A stretch of 64,000 nucleotides of DNA from a virus: positions 8,855-72,854 of the IMG/VR virus record IMGVR_UViG_3300045131_002121. One strand, given 5' to 3'. The translations under genes were made by a program, and so were the position numbers. The notes under the pieces were generated by a model. The model had not been told where the DNA came from. It saw only the letters and a program-made list of their open reading frames with translations, and did no database searches. Of the stretch, positions 29,572 through 39,127 are shown one piece after another (position 1 is the first letter of the stretch; each line of letters opens with the position of its first letter).

Positions 29572-29993
29572 TGGACTCTAACCCGAGGCCACCTGACGTC
29601 ATCCGTGGGGAATCCGTACGACAGGGCACCAGGGTACCCTTGCCCAATGGGATGCGAGTGGTCCGCCACGTCGCCCAGCGCGAGGTCCCCATCGCCGGTG
29701 AAGTCCCCCTGATCCACCCCAAGGATCCGGACTCCAAGCAAGTCAAAGAGTTTTATACCGCTGAGGTCGCCGTATTCGATCTCGATAACCAGGACCACCT
29801 CGACGCGTATCGTCGGGTCTGGCAGGAAATCGCAGAGGGCAGCTCAGTGGTCTCCGAGCATCGAGTTGATTTCTCGGAGAAGCACGGCAAGTACAAGGCT
29901 TACATGAGATGGTCTGCGCTGGACTACGGGCTCCCGGGTTCCCCGAGGCCCCCGCGCAGGTTTGCCCCTCCCCAGGTATCCCCGGAACAATAG
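29571..29993 (+). CDS. Hypothetical protein (140 aa)
   Basis: TAATG translational coupling; phage-typical codon use. Confidence 0.65.
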   Translation: MDSNPRPPDVIRGESVRQGTRVPLPNGMRVVRHVAQREVPIAGEVPLIHPKDPDSKQVKEFYTAEVAVFDLDNQDHLDAYRRVWQEIAEGSSVVSEHRVDFSEKHGKYKAYMRWSALDYGLPGSPRPPRRFAPPQVSPEQ

Positions 29994-30002
29994 GATCCCG
30001 TC

Positions 30003-30770
30003 ATGCCCCTCAATCTTACCTACGGTGACGTCGCATTCCCTGCTATTGCCGGTCTAGGACTCGGTGTTGGTGCCCGCTTGGCCAGGTGGGGTTACGACAT
30101 CGCGAATAAGTCGGGGACGCGTGCCCCGATCAAGTTGCCACCTGTGGAGAGCTCAGCGGTTGAGGTCCCCGTGGATGTCACCGAGGAAGAAGCCGAGGAG
30201 CTCAAGAAGCAAGGCATCAAAGTCAAAACAGCGGCCGATAACATCTTGGATACCGCGGTTCAAGGCAGCATTGGAACACTATCCGCAGTTGGCGGGTGGT
30301 CCGCACTTGACAGCTTCCTGGACAAGAAGCGAAAGGACAAGGCACACAAATCACTGGAGAGAAGCCGTAGGCGTGTCCAGGCCTTGATCAATGGTGAAGC
30401 CGACCCCGCGGATGCCGGGCTCTCCCGTGCAATGAAGGTCGCCGAAGACGTCTATATTGATAACGTGGGGACCTCTGAACTCGGGAGTAACACAGCTGAG
30501 TTCCAGAAGGTTTCTGGCATCGTCGCCGATCTCGGACTTCGAGGTGCAGAGGGTATTGGCGAGTTCCTGGCGCCGGTTGGGATCCCCTTGGGTATCGCGG
30601 GGACCATTGTGGCCATGAACGCCTACAACAAGAGTAAAGATGAAAACAAGTATCGCGCCAAGGCCAAGGCGATGCGTGACTACCTCAACAACATTGGTGC
30701 GAGTACCCCGACTGCGGTCATGGTACCCATATTGAAGAAGCGTGATCCGGCCACTGAGAACGCGGGGTAG
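30003..30770 (+). CDS. Membrane protein with three hydrophobic segments (255 aa)
   Basis: AIAGLGLGVGA, GTLSAVGGW and VGIPLGIAGTIVAM segments; KTA, KVA and KVS lie between segments. Confidence 0.65.
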   Translation: MPLNLTYGDVAFPAIAGLGLGVGARLARWGYDIANKSGTRAPIKLPPVESSAVEVPVDVTEEEAEELKKQGIKVKTAADNILDTAVQGSIGTLSAVGGWSALDSFLDKKRKDKAHKSLERSRRRVQALINGEADPADAGLSRAMKVAEDVYIDNVGTSELGSNTAEFQKVSGIVADLGLRGAEGIGEFLAPVGIPLGIAGTIVAMNAYNKSKDENKYRAKAKAMRDYLNNIGASTPTAVMVPILKKRDPATENAG

Positions 30771-30772
30771 AC

Positions 30773-33700
30773 ATGCTTGGCGGCCTCAAAGGTGCATTCG
30801 ATGCCCCCGAGGGTACCCAGAGTCCCGTGTCCCCGGTGACCTATAGAAGTTTTGATGACGTCAGTGGTCAACGCGACGCCATCTACTCCAACGCGCTTCG
30901 TGGGGTCCGTGCCCTGAAGCCAGTGGAGAACGAGAAGTACAGGGTTGAGATCGCGGATCCCGATTACGCCCAGGACTACAACCCCAGCATCAGTGATGAA
31001 AAGAAAGCGTTGATGGCTCGGCAGAGCATGCAGCGCGCCATCAAGGGCAGGGTTCGCTTGGTCGACAAGACATCTGGGGCCGTCGTCGATGAAACCGAGA
31101 CCACCCTTGCTCACGTCCCCCATTTGACTCCGCGTGGCATCTTTGTTCGTGGTGGCACCATCTGGGCTGCCAAGAACCAACAGCGCTTGCGTCCCGGGGT
31201 CTACGTGCTCCGCCAACAGAACGGGGACGTCAAGGCACAGGTGAATCCGAAGCCAGGGAGTGGACGCGGCTTCGATATCCAGCTCGAGCCCGCCACTGGT
31301 GTCTTCAAGTTAAACGTGGGTCAGAGTGGAACCCGGTTGTACCCCTTGTTGAGATCGATGGGGGTCCCCGATGACATGATCAAGGAAGCCTGGGGGGAGG
31401 ACCTCTTCAAGCTGAACTGGCGACCACCCGGGGGTCATGACGCCCAGGAGGCCCGGAAGATCGTGGGCAAGATGGGGCGTCGTGGTGACCAAGAAGTCGC
31501 CAGCGAATCCCTCAAAGACAAACTCCATGAGATCCTGGGGAGAGCTGAGCTCGACGAGGAAACCACGGAGACCACGCTGGGCACCAAGTACAAGAACTTT
31601 AACATTGATACCATGCTGCATGCGACGACGAAGATGTTGAAGCGGAGTCGCAATGAGGTCCCCGATGACGTCCGGGATTCCCAGGCCTTCCAGAGCTTCC
31701 ATGGCCCCGAGGACTTCTTCGAGGAGCGCCTGAGCCGTGGTGGCGACGCCATGCGAAAACTGCTGTGGCGGGCCACACGTGAGGGTAAACTCGGCAATGT
31801 TTCCCCAGGGCTATTGAACCCAGCAGTGGACAGCGCTTTTCAGAGCGGTCTCTTTGCTTCAGTTGAAGACACAAACCCCATGGAAATCATGGATGCCCGG
31901 CAGACTATAACACGACTTGGTGAAGGTGGGATCTCATCCAACCAGGCCGTACCGCGATCTGCACGTGGGGTCCAGCCCAGTTATTTCGGTCTCATCGATC
32001 CCATCCGGGCCCCTGAAGGTCAAAACATCGGCGTCGACATGCGGGTCACCGATGGCGCCCTCAAGGGATCCGATGGTCGGCTCTACTTCAAGGTCCGCTC
32101 CCGTAAGGGGGACGAGGTCACGCTCTCAGCACTCCAGGCCTCCAAGAAGCCGATTGCGTTCCCAGGTGAGTTCGCGAAGGCGGCGAAGCGGGAGCTCTAC
32201 AGGGTTCCCCTGATGGGGGCTGAGGGCAAATACGAGGATCACGTCGTCGACATGAATGACATCGCCAATGACCCCGAGATCTCGGCGTCAGTGGGTATGC
32301 ACGGTCTCGGGAAGCCATTGCCCCCAATGGTGCGTGTCCTCGATGGTGAAGACATCAAGTGGAAGCCTGCCACAGAGGTCGACTACGAACTCCCCCATGG
32401 CTCCTCGATGTTCTCCCGGCTCACCAACATGGTGCCGATGACTCAAGGTGCGAAGTCGCAGCGAACCCTGATGGGGGCGCGCATGCACTCCCAGGCATTG
32501 CCTCTCCAGAACCCAGAGGCCCCGTTGGTGCAATCCGCGAATCCCGATGGCACCTCGATTCATGACTCCATGGGTACCTGGATGGGTGCCGTGAAGGCCA
32601 AGGCCCCCGGTCGTGTTGTTGCGGTAACACCAGACCACATCGATGTCGTCTACGCCGGTGGTAAAAAAGAGCGCCACGAATTGTATAACAACTACCCCTT
32701 GGCGCGTAAAACGAGTTTGCATAACACTCCATTGGTCCGAGAAGGCGACGCCTTCAAGCCAGGCGATGTCCTCGCGAGGTCGAACTTCACTGATGACAAA
32801 GGCCAGGCCACCATGGGGGCCAACTTCAACGTGGGCTACATGGTGGGTTCCGGACACACCTACGAAGACGGCTTCAAGATCTCGGAGTCCACGGCTCGAC
32901 GGCTATCATCCCAGCACGCCTACAAACACGAGATCGAACTCGACAAGACCATTCATTCCATGAAGAAAGCGGATTACTCCTCGATCTTCCAAGGCAAGTA
33001 TAAACCAGAGCAGATCTCAGGTATCGATGATGATGGCGTCATCAAAGAAGGCACCATTGTGCAGCCCGGGGATCCCGTGCTCCTCGCGGTGCGCAAGAAG
33101 ACGCCGAGACCTGGTGGGGTCGTCACCCCCTCGGTGAGGTCTGCATTCGCCGATGCCTCGCAGACCTGGGATCACACGACCCCAGGCCAGGTCACCGATG
33201 TCGTGAGAACCCGTAAGGGCATCAAGGTCATGATCTCCAGTGTGGAACCCATGACCGAGGGCTCCAAGCTCACCGCACGTTACGGCAACAAAGGTGTGGT
33301 CTCCCAGATCGTACCCGATGGCGAAATGCCTATTGGTGCCGATGGCAAGCCCCTGGATATCATCGTGAACTCCTTGGGTGTCATCTCCCGTGCGAACCCT
33401 TCGGTACTCGCTGAAACCCTGCTGGGCAAGGTGGCCAGGAAAACCGGGAAGCCATATGTTCTCAAATCTTTTGATCACGATGACCTCGGTGACTTCGCCC
33501 TGAATGAGGCCAAGGTCAATGGGATCACTGAACTCGACGATGTCACGGATCCCAAGACTGGTCATAAGATCAAGGACATCTTCACTGGGGTCCAGCATCT
33601 CATGCGGTTGCACCACACCGCGGAGTCCGGGCTCGCCGCACGTGATACCGGGGGTTACACCTCTGATGATTCCCCAGCCAAGGGTGGCCCCGAGGGCAGC

Positions 33701-35299
33701 AAGAAGATCGCGCTCCTCGGTGTCCAATGCTTGCTCAGCGCTGGGGCCACCAATGTTCTCAAGGACGCCAAGCTCATCCGGGGGCAGCGTAACGATGATT
33801 ACTGGCGTGCAGTGAAACTCGGCATGGATCCCACGATGCCGCAGGCCTCAGGTGCCCATGGTCACTTCCTCGACCTCCTCAAGGGAGCCGGGGTCAATGT
33901 CCGTGAGAACCAGGGTCGGCTGAAGCTGGCCCCGATGACGGATGCTGACACCGACGCCCTGGCCCCACACTCAGTCTCCAGCTCGGAGACTTTTGACTTC
34001 GAGACCATGCAGCCCAAGGAAAACGGGCTCTTCGACCTCGCCAAAACCGGGGGTGCCGATGGTCGCCACTTCACCAGGATTGAGCTCCCCCAGAAGATCC
34101 CGAATCCCGTGATGGAAGAACCCATCATCAGGATCCTTGGGCTCACCAAGCAGAAGTTCCTCGATGTCCTCAGTGGTCAGGAAAAGATTGGCGACAAAAC
34201 GGGACCGGAAGCCATTGAGACCGCTCTCAAGGGGATCAATGTTGACCGTGAGATCGCCATGCACGTCCAGGGGGTCAAGACGGGATCGAGGTCATCCCGT
34301 GATGTCCACGTCCGTGCTCTCAACTATCTCAGTGGTCTGAAGTCAGCTGAGGTCAACCCCGCTGATCTCATGATCTCCAAGATCCCTGTTATACCTCCGA
34401 AGTTCAGACCTGTTATACGTGCTGGCAAAATGGATATCATTCATGATGCCAACTATCTCTACCATGATCTCATGGAGTCCGGGAAGAATTACACGGAGGC
34501 CCAGAAGGCCTTCGGAGACGCCGGTGAGGAATACGGGGCCATGTATGCGGCTGCCAAAGCCGTGGCTGGTCTCGGTGCCCCCATCAACCCCAAGCATGTC
34601 GAACAAGGCGTCAAGGGGCTTCTCCAGAACGCCATTGGTGTCGGCGACTCCCCCAAGTTTGCACGCTTCCAACGCAAGGTTCTCGGGCAAGCCGTGGATT
34701 CCGTGGGTCGCGGTGTGGCCACCCCGGATCCCGAACTCGACATGGATCAGGTCTCGATCCCCAAGGAAATGGCGTGGACCCTGTATCGGCCCTATGTCAT
34801 CCGTCGCCTCGTCAGATCGGGGTGGAGTGCGCGTGAAGCCGTCATGGCTGTCCGGGAACAGAAGCCAGCGGCGTTCCGTGAACTCCAAGCCGAGATGAAG
34901 GCACGCCCGGTTTACTGGGATCGCGCCCCGGCACTCCAGAGGTACAATTACGTGGGGGCCTGGCCAGTGCTCTCCAGGGGCAACAACATTGGGGTCCCCC
35001 AGGTCGTCGAACCCGGGGCGAACCTCGACTTCGATGGCGACAAGATCAATCTCCATGTGCCCTCACATCACTCCGCTGTTCAAGATGTCATCGAGAAGAT
35101 GATGCCCTCGAAGAATCTCTGGCATCCCAAAGATTTTGATGTCCACTTGAAGCCCGATAAAGACTACCTCGCCGGTCTCTATCTCGCCACCAATGTTAAA
35201 AAAGATAAGCCAGCGCGAACCTTTGCCTCCAAGGAAGACGCCTATAAGGCCTACCTCAGGGGGGATCTTGGTGTCGCCGATCCAGTTGTTATCCTGTGA
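30773..35299 (+). CDS. rpoBC: Phage multisubunit RNA polymerase: beta subunit fused to the N-terminal half of beta' (catalytic loop)
   Basis: Beta motifs RLGEGGI, PEGQNIG, LMGARMHSQA, YEDG and GSKLTARYGNKGVV...DIIVN.LGV.SR; beta' motifs PVIPPKFRP, VLG..VD..GR.V, RAPAL and NLDFDGD (35021-35041). Confidence 0.93.
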   Translation: MLGGLKGAFDAPEGTQSPVSPVTYRSFDDVSGQRDAIYSNALRGVRALKPVENEKYRVEIADPDYAQDYNPSISDEKKALMARQSMQRAIKGRVRLVDKTSGAVVDETETTLAHVPHLTPRGIFVRGGTIWAAKNQQRLRPGVYVLRQQNGDVKAQVNPKPGSGRGFDIQLEPATGVFKLNVGQSGTRLYPLLRSMGVPDDMIKEAWGEDLFKLNWRPPGGHDAQEARKIVGKMGRRGDQEVASESLKDKLHEILGRAELDEETTETTLGTKYKNFNIDTMLHATTKMLKRSRNEVPDDVRDSQAFQSFHGPEDFFEERLSRGGDAMRKLLWRATREGKLGNVSPGLLNPAVDSAFQSGLFASVEDTNPMEIMDARQTITRLGEGGISSNQAVPRSARGVQPSYFGLIDPIRAPEGQNIGVDMRVTDGALKGSDGRLYFKVRSRKGDEVTLSALQASKKPIAFPGEFAKAAKRELYRVPLMGAEGKYEDHVVDMNDIANDPEISASVGMHGLGKPLPPMVRVLDGEDIKWKPATEVDYELPHGSSMFSRLTNMVPMTQGAKSQRTLMGARMHSQALPLQNPEAPLVQSANPDGTSIHDSMGTWMGAVKAKAPGRVVAVTPDHIDVVYAGGKKERHELYNNYPLARKTSLHNTPLVREGDAFKPGDVLARSNFTDDKGQATMGANFNVGYMVGSGHTYEDGFKISESTARRLSSQHAYKHEIELDKTIHSMKKADYSSIFQGKYKPEQISGIDDDGVIKEGTIVQPGDPVLLAVRKKTPRPGGVVTPSVRSAFADASQTWDHTTPGQVTDVVRTRKGIKVMISSVEPMTEGSKLTARYGNKGVVSQIVPDGEMPIGADGKPLDIIVNSLGVISRANPSVLAETLLGKVARKTGKPYVLKSFDHDDLGDFALNEAKVNGITELDDVTDPKTGHKIKDIFTGVQHLMRLHHTAESGLAARDTGGYTSDDSPAKGGPEGSKKIALLGVQCLLSAGATNVLKDAKLIRGQRNDDYWRAVKLGMDPTMPQASGAHGHFLDLLKGAGVNVRENQGRLKLAPMTDADTDALAPHSVSSSETFDFETMQPKENGLFDLAKTGGADGRHFTRIELPQKIPNPVMEEPIIRILGLTKQKFLDVLSGQEKIGDKTGPEAIETALKGINVDREIAMHVQGVKTGSRSSRDVHVRALNYLSGLKSAEVNPADLMISKIPVIPPKFRPVIRAGKMDIIHDANYLYHDLMESGKNYTEAQKAFGDAGEEYGAMYAAAKAVAGLGAPINPKHVEQGVKGLLQNAIGVGDSPKFARFQRKVLGQAVDSVGRGVATPDPELDMDQVSIPKEMAWTLYRPYVIRRLVRSGWSAREAVMAVREQKPAAFRELQAEMKARPVYWDRAPALQRYNYVGAWPVLSRGNNIGVPQVVEPGANLDFDGDKINLHVPSHHSAVQDVIEKMMPSKNLWHPKDFDVHLKPDKDYLAGLYLATNVKKDKPARTFASKEDAYKAYLRGDLGVADPVVIL

Positions 35300-35326
35300 T
35301 CCCATAACCCATAGTAGGAATCTTCC

Positions 35327-36847
35327 ATGCGCGCAACACAGCTCCTCGCCCTGGCCATTGTTAAACACGCCGCCGATAGTGCCCCCGGGGTTCCCGCGGA
35401 TATCCATGCCTCAGGGCTCATGCTCAACCCCATTATCACGGGCATGGGTGGAGCTGGCATCGGCGCCCTAATCAACGCTATTCGCGGTAAGAACGCTGGC
35501 CGTGGAGCACTTACAGGTGGTATCACTGGTTTAGGTGTTTCCGCGGGAACGCTGGGTGGTAGCATCGCAGGAACACAAATGGGAGCCCAGGCATCGGGGT
35601 CACTTCCCGGAGCCGGCACGGGCGCCAGAGTTGGTATGCCCGTAGGTGGTGCTCTCGGTGGTCTACTCGGCTATCTGGCGTCGCGTGATACATCTGAGGA
35701 AAAAAAGGAAAAGAAACCCGGTGAACTCAAGACCGCGGCTGCCGCTGAAGTCCCCTTCTACGAGGATCCCTCAAACATTGGTGCCGCCGCTGGTGCCGCC
35801 ATTGGTGGTAGTGGTGCCGCCCTGCTGAGTAAGAAGAACAAGTGGCGTAATGCCCTCATCGCAGCTCTCGCCGGTGGTGCCGCTGGTTATGTTGCCGGCC
35901 CACATGTCGACAAAGCGGTTCCCCAGATTCGTGAAGGTCTGGGTGCTCTATCAGGGGCCGGCGTACGCGCGTTTAAGGGGAGTGCGGCGAAAATGAGTGA
36001 TACCCCCGCTGGCTATGAGCCCCCACCAGATTACGCGAAACAACTCTTCGAGAAACAGAACCCCGTGAAGCCGGTGAAGCCGGTGAAGCCGGTGAAGCCC
36101 CCCGTGGTGAAACCAGGTATCAAGAAGAAATCTCAGGAAGCCCCTCCGGCGACCCCATTCTACCAGGACCCCTCAATTATTGGTGCTGGCCTCGGCGCGC
36201 TTGGCGCCGGCGGTGCCGCTGCTCTTATGAGCAAGAAGAAAAACAAGTGGCGTAATGCGCTCATCGCAGCTCTAGCCGGCGGTGCAGGTGGATACTTCGC
36301 TGGTCCTTGGGTTGACAAGCAATTCCCTCAGATTCGCGAAGGTCTTGGCTCAATGTTCCCTGGTGATGCCCCCAAGGGTGATGGTTCAAAGGGGGAGAAA
36401 CAGCAGGAGCAGCAGGAACAGGAACCGCCGCAGAAGCCGCTGGAGCAAGTCGTCAAGGAGTCACAAAAACCTGGAGCGACGATGACACCTGACTTAAAAG
36501 ATGCTGGTTTTGATACTCCAGAGCCAAATCAGCAAACGCAGGACGAAAAGTATGACCAAATGTTTGCCAAGATAAGGGCAAGGTCGTATGGTGGTCAACC
36601 CGGGGTACCCGGGATTCGGTTGGTGAATGGTAAGCGTCAAGTTTTGATGAATGGTGAGCCTGCTCCGAAGCAGTTTCAGGTAGAGGATTTTTCAGACGCA
36701 CCTGCCCCTAAGGTGCTACCCTCAGCACCTATGAGTGCCACATCTGGCAAAGTGGTGCTACCCTCAGCGCCTGCGAGTGCAACAACTGGTAATATGCGTG
36801 GTACACCACTGCCACCGAAGCCAGCAACCAGCTCAGTAATTAAGTGA
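35327..36847 (+). CDS. Gly-zipper membrane protein with duplicated module (506 aa)
   Basis: Two copies of PFY.DPS.IGA..GA..G.GAA.L.SKK.KWRNALIAALAGGA.GY.AGP.VDK..PQIREGLG; KHA leader. Confidence 0.7.
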   Translation: MRATQLLALAIVKHAADSAPGVPADIHASGLMLNPIITGMGGAGIGALINAIRGKNAGRGALTGGITGLGVSAGTLGGSIAGTQMGAQASGSLPGAGTGARVGMPVGGALGGLLGYLASRDTSEEKKEKKPGELKTAAAAEVPFYEDPSNIGAAAGAAIGGSGAALLSKKNKWRNALIAALAGGAAGYVAGPHVDKAVPQIREGLGALSGAGVRAFKGSAAKMSDTPAGYEPPPDYAKQLFEKQNPVKPVKPVKPVKPPVVKPGIKKKSQEAPPATPFYQDPSIIGAGLGALGAGGAAALMSKKKNKWRNALIAALAGGAGGYFAGPWVDKQFPQIREGLGSMFPGDAPKGDGSKGEKQQEQQEQEPPQKPLEQVVKESQKPGATMTPDLKDAGFDTPEPNQQTQDEKYDQMFAKIRARSYGGQPGVPGIRLVNGKRQVLMNGEPAPKQFQVEDFSDAPAPKVLPSAPMSATSGKVVLPSAPASATTGNMRGTPLPPKPATSSVIK

Positions 36848-36865
36848 ACACCCATTGAGGTCATC

Positions 36866-37621
36866 ATGGACATCTCCGCAAGACTTTTTCAACGAGGCCT
36901 CAACGAGTTCGCACAGAAGCGGGCCTTTGTAGCCGCACCTCCTCCGGGCAGTGATCCCGCCGCGGCTGGCGGTGCACCTCCTGGGGGTGACCCCGCGGCT
37001 GCAGGGGCTCCTCCGATGCCTCCTGGTGGTGATCCCGCTGCCATGGGTGGAATGCCTCCTGGTGGTGATCCCGCTGCCATGGGTGGCATGCCTCCGGGCG
37101 GCGACCCCGCAGCGATGGGTGGGATGCCACCTGGTGGTGATCCCGCTGCCATGGGTGGTATGCCACCTGGTGATGACATGCTCAGTGCCATCGGTGGTGG
37201 AGACCCCTCAGCAGGTGGTGACCCCAGCGCGGGTGCCCCGGATCCCACGGCTCCGGGGACCCCTGATGTCAAGGGAACCCCTGATGACGCCGTAACCCGT
37301 GGCCAAGCCGACGTTGTCATGGACATCGTTGAACGCGCCATGGCCTCCATCGGTGAAGGCCGCACCAAGGAACAAGCCCAGGCCGAGTTCGAGCTCGAAC
37401 AAGAAGGCAAGAAGAAGGAACAAGAGAACAAGGGCAAGAAGTCGGATGCCGACGCCGCGGCAACAGCCAATGGTGCCATCACGGGTCAACCCCAAGGTGG
37501 TGGGGGCCCCATGGGTTCCCTCGGCGGCCAACTCGACCCCAACGCCATTGGTGGCAACACCGTGAAGATGGCCAAGGAACTCATCTCGCGGCTTAATCTC
37601 TCCAAACCAGCGTTGAGGTAA
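36866..37621 (+). CDS. Low-complexity protein with PPGGDPAAMGGM repeats (251 aa)
   Basis: GAGG RBS; KRA leader; tandem repeats; short charged coiled coil. Confidence 0.7.
   Translation: MDISARLFQRGLNEFAQKRAFVAAPPPGSDPAAAGGAPPGGDPAAAGAPPMPPGGDPAAMGGMPPGGDPAAMGGMPPGGDPAAMGGMPPGGDPAAMGGMPPGDDMLSAIGGGDPSAGGDPSAGAPDPTAPGTPDVKGTPDDAVTRGQADVVMDIVERAMASIGEGRTKEQAQAEFELEQEGKKKEQENKGKKSDADAAATANGAITGQPQGGGGPMGSLGGQLDPNAIGGNTVKMAKELISRLNLSKPALR
37019..37174 (+). repeat. In-frame 36-bp tandem repeat (about 4.3 copies) encoding PPGGDPAAMGGM
   Basis: Unit cctcctggtggtgatcccgctgccatgggtggaatg with synonymous variation. Confidence 0.9.
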
Positions 37622-37622
37622 C

Positions 37623-37841
37623 ATGCGCGCCCGCATCCGCCTCTCCGATGGACGCCAGATCCACATCAGCGTTGCCGAGGTCATTGTTACAGATGACTTC
37701 GGGCAACCCCTGGCGTTGTCCTATGAGGAAAACGGATTGGTTGCACATACCGATGCCACGAAGTCAGATTTCTCATCCACAGTTCGTAAACTTGGTTTGA
37801 TCCCAACCCCTGTTGAGGTCATCCGCACCGGGGGTCGATAA
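37623..37841 (+). CDS. Small hypothetical beta-rich protein (72 aa)
   Basis: GAGGT RBS; coupled to the flanking genes. Confidence 0.65.
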   Translation: MRARIRLSDGRQIHISVAEVIVTDDFGQPLALSYEENGLVAHTDATKSDFSSTVRKLGLIPTPVEVIRTGGR

Positions 37842-39127
37842 TGTTGACTCCCGCTCAAGCCCTTCATTTCCTGTGCTCTAAAGTTGCAGCTGAGGTGGCC
37901 TACGACCCCCCTATGGGTGTAGATGGTATTAAGAAAAAATACCCAAAGCTGTTAAAGGATCCCATCCATCGCTGGCGAGCTCAGAATGGAATCGAGCTCG
38001 TGCATCAGGAGCCCTCTGACGCCGAGTTAAATCGGATCTGGGCGAATTGGCAGCGCATGTCGGCTGAGCAGAAGAAGATTAGCGATCAGAAGAGTCTTGA
38101 GCTGTTTGGTGTTAATAATGCGGACAACTATAAAAAATTGTTCTCCAAAGTTGCAGCGGACAGCGACAACAAGTCATACGCACCTCTTGCCAGTCGAGGC
38201 GAGCAGGCCGCGGAACCATCTAGTCGCGCCTACAAGGAGTTGATTTCTGGGCTGTACACGCAGGGTCGAGGTATAGGTGCAGGTGGAGATCCAATAAACC
38301 CATCTTTCCTTCGCAGTTTCTCCTGGCCAGATGCGAAACGGGCGCCAGTACCCCCCAAGTACAATGGGAACGCTGTTGTTGAGCGAGTCGATGGTAAACG
38401 GGAACAGGCGATTTCGCTGCGCCCAGCATTTGGGTTCCAGGGGCCCACACGGGTGGTTTTGACTTCGTCTCCGGATAGCCCAACGGACCAATCTGTACTC
38501 ACACATGAACTCGCCCACCTCTATGATCCCTGGATGGCGAAACCCAATCTGATCTTTCCTGGATCAACTGTACGTGGGGAAGCTGAGGTCCCAGCGATTG
38601 TCGCTGAAACCGCGTATGATCTCAATGCAGGAAACCAACCCCCACAGTGGGCACCTGGCGCCCCCTGGATATATGACGCGATCCGAAAACATGGACCTCA
38701 GGTGTCCCCTGGACAGACTGACCTAGAACGTGAAGACGCACTCCGGACCTGGATGAAGGCGTTACGTGATAAAAATAGCAACCTGGGCAGTAAGTATAAT
38801 GACTGGCTGAAGTCGGAGGCGGAGAGGGTGAAGCAGCAACAAGAGGGTACCTACGTGAAGCCAGAACACGGGGATATCCAGGAAGTTCTTAATAAGATGG
38901 ATAGGAATAATCCACGTGTTAAGGCTTTCTTGGATAAATTAAATCCAGAAAAGAAGAGTTTGTTATCCAAGATACCAACCCCATTACTATGGGGTGGCGC
39001 CATTGTGGGTGCCGGTGCCGCAGGGCTCCTAGCCTATTGGTTGTACAAAAAGTTCACAAAGGATGACAAGAAAGAAGACACGGATAAAAACGATATTCAA
39101 ATGCCGGAAGGCGTAGTAGCTGCATAA
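37841..39127 (+). CDS. Two-module protein with HExxH zincin-like motif and C-terminal membrane anchor (428 aa)
   Basis: SKVAA twice; LTHELAH (38504-38518) with a downstream Glu; TM LLWGGAIVGAGAAGLLAYWLYKK. Confidence 0.65.
   Translation: MLTPAQALHFLCSKVAAEVAYDPPMGVDGIKKKYPKLLKDPIHRWRAQNGIELVHQEPSDAELNRIWANWQRMSAEQKKISDQKSLELFGVNNADNYKKLFSKVAADSDNKSYAPLASRGEQAAEPSSRAYKELISGLYTQGRGIGAGGDPINPSFLRSFSWPDAKRAPVPPKYNGNAVVERVDGKREQAISLRPAFGFQGPTRVVLTSSPDSPTDQSVLTHELAHLYDPWMAKPNLIFPGSTVRGEAEVPAIVAETAYDLNAGNQPPQWAPGAPWIYDAIRKHGPQVSPGQTDLEREDALRTWMKALRDKNSNLGSKYNDWLKSEAERVKQQQEGTYVKPEHGDIQEVLNKMDRNNPRVKAFLDKLNPEKKSLLSKIPTPLLWGGAIVGAGAAGLLAYWLYKKFTKDDKKEDTDKNDIQMPEGVVAA

Noticed and set aside
37019-37174. 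36-bp repeats as a CRISPR array
   Set aside because: No spacers; variation is at synonymous positions, indicating a protein repeat
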